DNA from: Octopus bimaculoides
Lineage: Eukaryota
Length of the DNA stretch: 34,532 nt
Direction of reading: 5' to 3'
NCBI RefSeq assembly: GCF_001194135.2
Contig: NC_069004.1
Coordinates: 34,962,326 to 34,996,857 of the forward strand
The notes under the pieces are model-generated. The model saw nothing but the letters and a program-made list of their open reading frames with translations, was not told the origin of the DNA and did not search any database. Position numbers and translations under genes: made by a program. Below, piece after piece: positions 11,365 through 22,875 of the stretch. Numbering within the stretch: the stretch's first letter is position 1; each line of letters opens with the position of its first letter.

Positions 11365-12322
11365 CGTTGCTATTATGTTAAACTGTCAGAGTTGATCTGG
11401 AAAACAAAAATAGAGGTTAAGTGTAGGTTCCGGAATCCTCAAACTCGGGAACTTCTAAACCAGAGCCCCACTCCTGGATGCAGTCTTAAGTCATATCCAA
11501 GACATTGATCAACTCCAGGCCATAGTAGAAACTTAACATGTTCTATTTGCTGGATTGAAACCGAAACCAATCGTTAATTACACACCCATTTTAGATATAA
11601 ACACATACACCCCCCCTCTGACACACGTACATACGAACGTCCAAGAATATATGACGCACTACAAGATCCCCAGCAGAGAAGCGCACCACGAGTATTATTA
11701 AAGCCTATCTTTTGGAGAAGATCATTGTTCTGATAATATACATAAACGAATAAACCCGAAGCATAATTCAGGCGGACATGTTGCTTGGGTTTGTCCGTTA
11801 GGCAAAGAGAATCAAAATAGTGTTCTCTTCTTAAATTTGACGAGAGAAACTCAGGTCGTCTTTTAAAAAATTTTTCATTTTTTTTTTTGTTTTGTAAGTA
11901 GATATTATTTTATAATTGTACATGATGGTGATAAACATTCAGTGAGTTGGCAGCTATCATTGTACACACACATAACCTAAGATATGAAATGATATGATAC
12001 AATACAATATATATTTGGGACAACAAATATCAGTAGCACCCGTTAAAGACACCCATTCACAGAAAATTCCTTAAAACTATTCAGAGACATCAAAGAACGT
12101 TAAAATAAGTTTATCTGGAAACAATTTCTATAAATAAAATGGTAGTTAGGAATATTCATAAAAAATTCTCTCTCGCCCCCTCTCCCTCTCTCACACACAT
12201 GGCAAGCAGCAAATATATTCGTAAGTTTATATATTTAGATATATTTACCATACATTTCTTTTGTTCAGTCATTTTCCTTCATTTTTTATTATTTTAATTT
12301 GTTTTGAATCAGGAATTCAGGG

Positions 12323-12365
12323 ACTTACCTGGAATGAGAAAAACAAATTCAAGAATTATTAAAGC
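12323..12365 (-). other. Candidate recursive splice site (3' splice site directly followed by a 5' splice site)
   Basis: The minus strand reads ctttaat aattcttgaatttgtttttctcattcCAG|GTAAGT, with the junction between 12329 and 12328. Confidence 0.45.
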
Positions 12366-13324
12366 AAAAAAATGAGAAAACAGCATTGTATACTATATAT
12401 AACATTACAAATCTTGCCGCCTCCCTATGGGTTAAATAAGAATGTAAACACATTCTTCTTAAGTTACTGTGGGAGGGAGACAGTCTCCTGAGAGGCTGTT
12501 TCATGATTTATTGATCGTTCATCAGCGAACACGTATTTGGTTTCCTTCGCCAATCGAAAGCACAGATCAGCTGCTTAGAAAACAATCATTAAGTGAGATC
12601 TTAAGTTTTAATTTATTTCAGTTCTCATACGGTATTGTGCATAAAATAGCGCTTTATTNNNNNNNNNNNNNNNNNNNNNNNNNNNNNNNNNNNNNNNNNN
12701 NNNNNNNNNNNNNNNNNNATATATATATATATATATATATATAGTGTGTATGTGTGTGCTGGGCGTCGACTTGATTTCAAACTTAAACATTAAATAAAAT
12801 GTCTGCATTTGTAGACATATCCTGTAACAAATTCGACCTCAGTTCAAACATGGGCCCTGAGGGGACTACCTAGAACCGATTAAAAAATATTTAAAATTTT
12901 GTGACAAATATAAGTAAATCATTCGGTTCAAAATCTCAACAGCAACAGTTCTGGCCTTTTCATATTCATCTAAAAGAAATTTTCAACCGAGCGCTTGATA
13001 GAGATGCCTTTGGCTATAAATGACAGCAGTGCTTCGCCAAGGCCGTTGGATTTGTATGCATTTAAGCATCCTATCTTAGTCATTCTGTATGCGACCTGTC
13101 ATAGATTAAACGTCTGGCTTTTGACAGAGAAACGAGAGCTAATTTCATCTGCAACGTCTACAGTATTACACTAACAACCAGAGCTTCAATATTTTGCACT
13201 TTACGGATTTTACGAAATATAGAAAGCAAATTAAAAAAGAAAAAACAATGCAAAACAATACAGAAAGAGCAATACAATGCTGAAAGTGTTGGTCCAGCTG
13301 GCAAACAGAAAAGAGAGAAAGTGT

Positions 13325-13358
13325 TTATAACGTTTCGATTGTTAGTCCTTCATCTAAA
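13325..13358 (-). mobile_element. Second, more decayed Penelope-type hammerhead-like relic
   Basis: The minus strand reads taGATGAAGGACTaacaatcGAAACGTta and shares GATGAAGGACT...GAAACGT with 10491-10516. The core CT is replaced by TA. Confidence 0.35.
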
Positions 13359-13614
13359 GGAATAGGAAATGAGAATCGATTAGAGGAGGAAAGACGGGAG
13401 ACAAAAACAAAGATACACCGAGTAAAATAGGAAATAAAGGAAATTATTCAAAACCGAGGATTCCAAATGTATTTAGCGAATGGAGACTACATTTTTATGA
13501 CAGCTCGTGTATGTGCATTGGTGCTGTCGATATGTATGTGAGCATGCGGTTATGTAAAAGTGTGGACGCTTCATGTCGTTGATTGTGTTATCTGGAATAC
13601 TGGGATATGTGTGT

Positions 13615-13666
<52 letters not shown>

Positions 13667-13677
13667 ANNNNNNNNNN

Positions 13678-13726
<49 letters not shown>

Positions 13727-13727
13727 A
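13615..13727. repeat. (GA)n microsatellite with GAGAGAGAAA variants, spanning a 10-N gap
   Basis: Direct reading; gap at 13668-13677. Confidence 0.9.
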
Positions 13728-13987
13728 AAAGTGTGTGTGGCAGTGTGCGTGTCTTGCAGTTTATGGACGTAGAACACAAGTGGCAGTCCGAGTTTCTGTA
13801 TTTTATGTGTAACATGTGGCACGGTGTGCATGTATGAGCGTGTGTTGGGTTGGTGGTTGTGTATCTGTATGTGTTTATGTGTATGTGCGTGTGTAGCAGC
13901 GTTGGAGTTTGTGCGTGGTTACGTAAGGGTTGTGTAAGCGAACCTGTCTTTTCTAGTACGGGGGTACATGAGTGCATGAGTGTGCGT

Positions 13988-13989
<2 letters not shown>

Positions 13990-14056
<67 letters not shown>
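13990..14056. repeat. Perfect (TG)n microsatellite
   Basis: Direct reading. Confidence 0.95.
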
Positions 14057-14060
<4 letters not shown>

Positions 14061-14374
14061 GCGTTGGTGCGTTTTGACATGTAAGCGTATGTATGTGTGT
14101 GAGACTGTTTTATGTATGCATGTGTGGATAGTGTCGTGTGTGTATGTATGTATATGAAATGTGTGTTGAAAATGTAATTGTAAAGGTGTTGAGAATATGT
14201 TTGTTAGAGTGTGTGTGTGTATCTATGTGCGTAGATTGTATGGGTGCATGTGTGTGTTTGCTTAGTACGTGTCAAATAATAAGGTTGGTCAGTGGGGGGG
14301 TGAGTATATTTAGGGATTGTGTATATGTTTGTGTTGCCTTAGGTGCGTGCGTGCACACTCCTGATGAAATGAAA

Positions 14375-14414
<40 letters not shown>

Positions 14415-15382
14415 AATGTGTAATGTACATACATATAAGAAAATTGTTTTTTTTAATGTGATCAGAAACGCAAACTTAAATTAAGAATAATCTAGGAGAA
14501 AACACGTGTGTGTATGTGGTGGAGGGGACAGCATCTTGAAAATAAGGTCAAACGAGACGTAAAGTGGTTCTTTGGAAGTTAAGAATGCAGCTACTAGATA
14601 GAAAGTTCGAGAAGGTAGAAGGGTGGTTGAAGTTGGGTATAGGTGTGGGGGAAAATAGTGGCACAGGTAATAATTAGTGTAGGCAGTGACGTGTATGTAT
14701 GTATAAGTGTGTGTGTGGAGATAGATGGATGTGAGTGTGTGTGCGTGTGTTTAAAATAGTATATGGATGTGTTTATCAAATTTCGTTTGTGTGTATGTAG
14801 ATGTGTATATATATGTGTGTGTGTGTGTCTAAGATTATTGGTGTGTGTGTGTGTGTGTGTATGATGTGTATGTATGTTTCCTGCATGAGTGTGTAAAAGT
14901 GTTGACGTGTAAGCTTTTTTGTCCGTGGATGTAGTTTGCATTAGGGGTGTATATACAGTTACAAGTGTACCTCGTTGCATATAATGGGTGCACGCGAAAT
15001 GTGCAAGTGTAGGGCGTGTGGTTATGTGTGATCCTTACACAGGGATGTTGGATGTGTGTTTGTGTGTGAGCACGTGTGTATAATGTAGTTTGTTTGGGCG
15101 TATGACAGACGACTATTTTCTAGATTTTGCAAAACCGTTTCAGTAGTATTGTAGGTCCCCGAACGAAAACAAAGCCACAGAACTGGGGCGGTGTGGCCAT
15201 GCTTTAAAATAGCACAGTGTAAGCACATTCTGTGTGTGTGCGTCTGTGAAATTATGTATACGTTGTGGATATGTACACCGATGTGTGTGAGCTAAGGTGT
15301 GTTTTTTAATCTTATGTGGATACAAAAAAAAAAAGAGAGAACATCGAAATAGTGTTAGTCATATGTAAGTATACGAGTGTGT

Positions 15383-15587
15383 GTTGTTGTTGCTGCTGTT
15401 TGATCCTTCTCGAACCATGCCTGGCTCATAAGGGCCGGTTTCCCGGTTTCATTGGCGTATAGGTTCCCCACCTGGACGGAAGGCCCGTCCATCGTAGGTG
15501 AGCTGCTGGATGCAGGAAGAAAGAGTGAGAGAAGGTTGTGGCGAAAGAATCAACAGAAGTTCGCCATTACCTTCTGCTGGAGCCGCG

Positions 15588-15588
<1 letters not shown>
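15383..15588 (-). mobile_element. 5'-truncated SINE-like element (family E) with an (AAC)n-like tail
   Basis: A gttgttgttgctgctg tail precedes the body tttgatccttctcgaaccatgcctggctcataagggccgg. 15516-15577 is shared with 10191-10256. Confidence 0.7.
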
Positions 15589-15636
<48 letters not shown>

Positions 15637-15677
15637 ACGTACGTACGTACGTACGTGTGTGTGTGTGTGTGTGTGTG

Positions 15678-15824
15678 CGACAGGCTTCTTTCAGTTTCCG
15701 TCTAACAAATCCACTCACAAGGCTATAAGAGAAGAGACTTGCTCAAGGTGCCAAGCAGTGGGACTGAACCCGGAACCATGAGGTTAGTAAGAAAGCTACC
15801 TACCACACAGCCATTCCTGCGCCT
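15678..15824 (-). mobile_element. tRNA-derived SINE 5' half with CORE-like domain (family B)
   Basis: The minus strand reads ggcgcaggaatggctgtgtggtaggtagc...GGTTCAGTCCCactgcttggcaccttgagcaagtctcttct. It matches 32062-32180. Confidence 0.85.
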
Positions 15825-15829
15825 ATATG

Positions 15830-15867
<38 letters not shown>

Positions 15868-17599
15868 AAATAGTTGTCCAGATTTGAATACGAACCGCAA
15901 ATCTGTATCTAACAAGTCTGTAATGTAAAATATATTCAAATATCTTCACATAAGGATGTATATATATATATATATAATTAGAAGCACAAAATCTATTGAA
16001 AGATTGAGTACTACAAAATAAGTAGTGATACAATATATATTGAAATCCTAACCACATACTTGGAGAGAAAACTATCCGTTCTTTGTAGGTTCCTTAACCT
16101 TTCTGTTAGCGTTGGGTCAGATATTTCTTCTGAATATGTAAACAGAAGAGATGGGCGGTACAGATCGATAGCTAAACCACTTCTTTTATTATGTTATTGA
16201 TAGGTTTTCCTATCCTGTTCTATATATTTTGTTTACATCTTATTTATTTATTTATTACAATACATTTTCTCTGAATACGATTTACATCCAGTTCGATTAG
16301 TTTGATAGGAAATTGTATAATGCGGCTCTGTGGGTGGGTGGGGACATGAGAGGGATATAAAGTCATACATGTGTGTGTGTGTGTGTGTGGTAATATTGTG
16401 TTGCCTGTGTAGAAAACAGCTCGATGTATTTATAGATGAATATACACACGTATAGAAGCAATCACTCCGACACACGCATTATTAATAAACCTCTATAGTA
16501 TAAATGTTACACATGCATACTCACACCATCTTTTCAAAACAATCAAGACAATTCTACATCTATACAATATATATCGTGCATTATATATAAACATATACAC
16601 ACAAGCACACATCAGATTTTAAAAGCAATAAGACGCTTCGACATATAGACACACATTATATAACATACATATGCATAAAATATACATCAATATATATATA
16701 TACTCTCTCTCTCACACACTTATACAAAATCTTAACGGCAATAAAATCACTGTTAGTGTTGATAATTTAGTCACACACAGGTAAGCATTAACATTTATAC
16801 ACAATTTGGTGTTTATATGTTTACTTTTCTCTCTCAGACACATTCACTCAAACACAAAGACAACACACGCATAAACATACAGACACACAAACACACATTG
16901 AATATACACACGCACACACAGAGACACAAGTGCAACAACGTACGGAAACATCTTGCTGAACTTTCGCTTTTTGTTTTTCTTTCTTTTCTCTCCCTTCCAA
17001 TTTTGTCATTCATCTCACCTTCCTCATCATCACCATGCAACCCCACCACCACCACCACCACCACCACGACGCACCTCTTCAACAAAAGGAAATGACATTC
17101 CATGATTTTAATTATTATCGCCGTCACCCCACCAAACCATTCACACCCGCCATTGCACCGGAAGTGGAAAGGTCAGCCATCGCTTATAGTTCTTATCAAA
17201 GATTCCGGCTCTTTTCTCATTTTTTTTTTTCATGTGCAACAAATATCACACAATGCCTATTACTCATTGTGTGTACGGATTGTTGCTTTGTCCTTTTATG
17301 TCTGTATGCGTGTGTCTATGATTCTTAAATACTGTTTTACTTAGGTTTTTTTAATAGCTCACACCTTTCACTCACAAAATCGTATTTGCAATATGGTTAA
17401 CAGAATCGGAGTTGTTATTGCTATTGTTTTTATACTTAGTTTGTCTTCTGGGTATGACTTCAAACGGCATCCAGTAGTTTGGATGCCTGGTTCTGAAATT
17501 CTAGGGACTCAAAGAGTGTGGAAGCATTCTTGTTCCCAGATCTGTTCTGACCTGGAGTAGTAGCATCTGTCAGCGTCCCAGTTACGAGTTAAGACTTAC

Positions 17600-17635
17600 C
17601 TGGCCATGCAATGTAAAGACTAGATCCAGCAGACT
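17600..17635 (-). other. Candidate 36-nt microexon
   Basis: Acceptor aaaatttcttccacAG and perfect donor CAG|GTAAGT. It is open in two frames: SLLDLVFTLHGQ or (E)SAGSSLYIAWP. Confidence 0.35.
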
Positions 17636-17884
17636 CTGTGGAAGAAATTTTCATAGTTCAACAGAGAGGAAGGTGTGTGAGGTAAAACGTCTTGGTCACC
17701 ACCGCACCCGGTTCGATCTCCAGCCGTCTTCACTGAAGATAGTCATCATGGACGCGAGGGGGGGGGGCGAGGCTGGCGGTGTGCAACACTTCTTCACTTT
17801 AAATAAAGTCTCTGTAAATGTCATCAGTCATCCTTAAAGATGATTAGACGGTACTCGTCGCTAGTGTTCTTAGGACAAATGATG

Positions 17885-18036
17885 GGTGATGGATTAGCAG
17901 ACTCAGTAGTGCGACGGAAAAAAAATGTTCTTCCCTGTTTACTTACAGTGATTTTCGTACTGAGTTCAAATGGCACCGTGGTCTATTTCATCTATGATCG
18001 TTCCGAGGTCGATAAAAATAAAGTACCAATGAAGTA
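17885..18036 (+). mobile_element. Degenerate family A SINE
   Basis: B-box gagttcaaat at about 17962, followed by ttccgaggtcgataaaaataaagtacca, the same central domain as 2169-2400. Confidence 0.65.
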
Positions 18037-18332
18037 TAAGTGAAATAAAGGGGCTAGTGTCAGAGAGTACACACCTCGTCTAATCACAATTTGTGTATAA
18101 ATAATGTACATCTATATTATATGCCTGGTATACGTGTGTATATAAAATATATATTCCTTAATGAAACAATCAAAGTTGTGCATTCAGCAACAAGTGCAGA
18201 CGAAATCTGCAGGTGAAAGCCATACACACAAACATATACATGCATATGTATTCAGTTTAATAAAGAATCTACACCATTTATTGAGCACGCTCTTTGTTTT
18301 TCGAGAAAAGTTGTATCATTCGAATATATATA

Positions 18333-18377
<45 letters not shown>

Positions 18378-19952
18378 GTTACTCGATTACATCGAGTAAC
18401 TCCATTTCAATCAAGCTGAAGAAGATACGACGATCGAGTTCAAATGTGATTAAGAAAATAAAATACAGACAATGATATCAAAGACGACGATGATGATGAT
18501 GGTGGTGGTAGTGGTGGCAATACCAAAGATGATGATGATGATGCTAGTCTAAAGATGATATTTAAATACACCAATTATTTTCTTCGTTATTGTTCCCTAA
18601 CAGATTATTCGTTGGAAATTTTATTCAGCCTTTTTTTTTTGCTTTGACGCAACATTTGTAAAGGTTAAGCAAAATACTCACACACACACCGCTTCACCCT
18701 ATGAATAGACGGACATACAACACTATATATATATATATATATATATNNNNNNNNNNNNNNNNNNNNNNNNNNNNNNNNNNNNNNNNNNNNNNNNNNNNNN
18801 NNNNNNNNNNNNNNNNNNNNNNNNNNNNNNNNNNNNNNNNNNNNNNNNNNNNNNNNNNNNNNNNNNNNNNNNNNNNNNNNNNNNNNNNNNNNNNNNNNNN
18901 NNNNNNNNNNNNNNNNNNNNNNNNNNNNNNNNNNNNNNNNNNNNNNNNNNNNNNNNNNNNNNNNNNNNNNNNNNNNNNNNNNNNNNNNNNNNNNNNNNNN
19001 NNNNNNNNNNNNNNNNNNNNNNNNNNNNNNNNNNNNNNNNNNNNNNNNNNNNNNNNNNNNNNNNNNNNNNNNNNNNNNNNNNNNNNNNNNNNNNNNNNNN
19101 NNNNNNNNNNNNNNNNNNNNNNNNNNNNNNNNNNNNNNNNNNNNNNNNNNNNNNNNNNNNNNNNNNNNNNNNNNNNNNNNNNNNNNNNNNNNNNNNNNNN
19201 NNNNNNNNNNNNNNNNNNNNNNNNNNNNNNNNNNNNNNNNNNNNNNNNNNNNNNNNNNNNNNNNNNNNNNNNNNNNNNNNNNNNNNNNNNNNNNNNNNNN
19301 NNNNNNNNNNNNNNNNNNNNNNNNNNNNNNNNNNNNNNNNNNNNNNNNNNNNNNNNNNNNNNNNNNNNNNNNNNNNNNNNNNNNNNNNNNNNNNNNNNNN
19401 NNNNNNNNNNNNNNNNNNNNNNNNNNNNNNNNNNNNNNNNNNNNNNNNNNNNNNNNNNNNNNNNNNNNNNNNNNNNNNNNNNNNNNNNNNNNNNNNNNNN
19501 NNNNNNNNNNNNNNTGTATATGCGTGTGTGTATATACACATGCACATATATGCTATGTATGTATGTATGTATATATATATATATATATATATATACATAC
19601 ATACACACACAAACATAAATAAATAAACACGCACACACACACATATACACACACAAACATACACACATACATATACACACACATATACACGCACACATAT
19701 ACACACACNNNNNNNNNNATATATATATATATAAAGTATATAAAAGTGAGTGTGTGTGTTCTTAGATGCATGTATAAGGGAGTGTTAGTATATGTAATAA
19801 TCATATAACCGTGTGTGTGTGTTTGCATTCATATAACAGTGTAGCTATGTATGTGTATATGTGTGTATATATGTGTGTCAGGTGAGAGTTTTGCATTCAT
19901 AAATTGCATGTCTTTAATCGATAAAAGACATTCATTAATTGATACAGTCAGT

Positions 19953-20015
19953 ATATACATATAGGTTATATAGGTTATATACATATAGGTTATATAGTAT
20001 ATACATATAGGTTGT
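19953..20015. repeat. Short minisatellite built on catataggttatatag
   Basis: Four taggtt cores with AT-rich spacers. Confidence 0.6.
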
Positions 20016-20174
20016 GTATATACATGCGTGTGTGTGGTGACGTGAAAGTGTGCAATCATGCATTTCTTTACCCACTGATTGCTTTAATAAGCAAGCACAA
20101 ACAGAACCCGAGGCGCACGTGTGTGTATATGCGTGTGTGTATATACACATGCACATATATGCTATGTATGTATG

Positions 20175-20207
<33 letters not shown>

Positions 20208-22145
20208 NNNNNNNNNNNNNNNNNNNNNNNNNNNNNNNNNNNNNNNNNNNNNNNNNNNNNNNNNNNNNNNNNNNNNNNNNNNNNNNNNNNNNNNNNNNNN
20301 NNNNNNNNNNNNNNNNNNNNNNNNNNNNNNNNNNNNNNNNNNNNNNNNNNNNNNNNNNNNNNNNNNNNNNNNNNNNNNNNNNNNNNNNNNNNNNNNNNNN
20401 NNNNNNNNNNNNNNNNNNNNNNNNNNNNNNNNNNNNNNNNNNNNNNNNNNNNNNNNNNNNNNNNNNNNNNNNNNNNNNNNNNNNNNNNNNNNNNNNNNNN
20501 NNNNNNNNNNNNNNNNNNNNNNNNNNNNNNNNNNNNNNNNNNNNNNNNNNNNNNNNNNNNNNNNNNNNNNNNNNNNNNNNNNNNNNNNNNNNNNNNNNNN
20601 NNNNNNNNNNNNNNNNNNNNNNNNNNNNNNNNNNNNNNNNNNNNNNNNNNNNNNNNNNNNNNNNNNNNNNNNNNNNNNNNNNNNNNNNNNNNNNNNNNNN
20701 NNNNNNNNNNNNNNNNNNNNNNNNNNNNNNNNNNNNNNNNNNNNNNNNNNNNNNNNNNNNNNNNNNNNNNNNNNNNNNNNNNNNNNNNNNNNNNNNNNNN
20801 NNNNNNNNNNNNNNNNNNNNNNNNNNNNNNNNNNNNNNNNNNNNNNNNNNNNNNNNNNNNNNNNNNNNNNNNNNNNNNNNNNNNNNNNNNNNNNNNNNNN
20901 NNNNNNNNNNNNNNNNNNNNNNNNNNNNNNNNNNNNNNNNNNNNNNNNNNNNNNNNNNNNNNNNNNNNNNNNNNNNNNNNNNNNNNNNNNNNNNNNNNNN
21001 NNNNNNNNNNNNNNNNNNNNNNNNNNNNNNNNNNNNNNNNNNNNNNNNNNNNNNNNNNNNNNNNNNNNNNNNNNNNNNNNNNNNNNNNNNNNNNNNNNNN
21101 NNNNNNNNNNNNNNNNNNNNNNNNNNNNNNNNNNNNNNNNNNATAAACACATAACCTTGCACGCGTTAGATAAAGATAGATGCATACACATACGGGAAAA
21201 TAACTCAGCGTAATGAAAAAAAAGAATCTCCGAGTAGCGACCTGATGAATGAATTAAAAGCCTTGTGTGTGTGTGTGTGTGTGTGTGTGCGTTTGGATAC
21301 CAAGCTACGTACAAAGACATTCGAATGAGTCATCATAATAATTATGAAAGAACTACTTTGAGTAGTAAGCCTGATAGGCCGGCAAGATTTTAGTGTGTCT
21401 GTGGAGTATGATCGATAAGTGGAGCTGCTCAGGTAGGATTAAGTAATCAAGTAGGGGTGTGTGTAGTGTCATCTGGCTTGAAGCCAATTCAATCATTTGT
21501 AGCTGCCGGGAGTCGCGGTTTGCTGAGACACGTGTGTGGTTGCGGACGTGCAGCGGGTGTTTCTTTGCGCACAGGCATCTGCACGCGCACGTGTGTGTGT
21601 GTGTGTGTGTGTCAGTTCGAAGAGGGTAAGAGAAAGTGATCACAGCATACATGTTTTAATTCACACACACACACACGCACTCACACACATATATATATAT
21701 ACACAAAACAGACATGGTGGAAGAGTAGACAGGCAGACAGTGTGACGATTTCGAGAGAGCAGTGAAGATCAAGATCGATATATTTATGACATTATTGATC
21801 TGAAGGATTTGAACGTCAAGCAAAGTTCAATATTGCCTTTACTCGGTCACCGGAAGTGAATGCGGTGGGACCGGAAATAAATGCCGTAAAATATCTATTG
21901 TTAAGTTCACCGCCATGTTACCTACACAACGACCTTATATTTTTGATTGCAATTATATTACAGTCACTGTTGTTGATTATGGCGACGACGACGACGGAGT
22001 TGATGACAATGATGATAGTGACGATTATGATGATGACTATGGCAACAGAAAGCGTAGAAAGAAATTGATTTTTGGATTATAATCACAGCATGTTGTTCGT
22101 GAGAGAGAGAGAGAAAGAGAGAGAAAGAGAAGAGAGAGAGAGAAT

Positions 22146-22181
<36 letters not shown>

Positions 22182-22197
22182 AGAGAGNNNNNNNNNN

Positions 22198-22212
22198 ACG
22201 CTCTTCCGATCT
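22198..22212 (+). other. Illumina TruSeq adapter remnant (assembly contamination)
   Basis: ACGCTCTTCCGATCT is the 3' end of the TruSeq read-1 primer/adapter. It sits directly after the N-gap at 22188-22197, inside a (GA)n tract. Confidence 0.9.
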
Positions 22213-22223
22213 AGAGAGAGAAC

Positions 22224-22255
<32 letters not shown>

Positions 22256-22838
22256 TCCAAGCTTTCCTCAAATCACATAAGTAACACAAAATAATTGGAA
22301 ATGATGGTCGCAGTAGGAAGCTTTTGATCACCGATATGCTGTAAAGAGTTGACCTTGGGTTAAACAACTACACTGAATATACCACGGAAAACACACACAC
22401 TACACGTGTAAAGTTCGCGAACACACACCATACTACAAAACAATACACGGACGCAACTGAAAAGCACCGAGCGAGAACAGAACAGAAAATACAACAAAAT
22501 AAATGCTAATGCGTAAACACGCAAAACACAATACAACAAAGAGTACACAATATGGCGGAAAACACAACGAATAGAACAACGAAACTCTGAAAGCAATGCT
22601 TCAACCGCTGCACAATATCTCAAGAACGCAAGACAACACTCAGTCATATATTACAATGGTGACAGACACACCACAACACTGAGAAAAACAACAACACAAA
22701 CACCTGACAAAAAAACAAACAGACTTCATAGAAATAGAAATTAAAATATATAAAACAACCACAAAATGTTATTTCAAACAAGAATCAACTTGAGAAATAT
22801 AAAATTAATTAAGATAAAATTTAATAATTTCATAATTA

Positions 22839-22875
<37 letters not shown>

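Noticed and set aside
11640-11860. Protein-looking short open frames (SLSFGEDHCSDNIHKR...)
   Set aside because: The frames are only about 50 codons, with poor splice signals and no recognisable homology.
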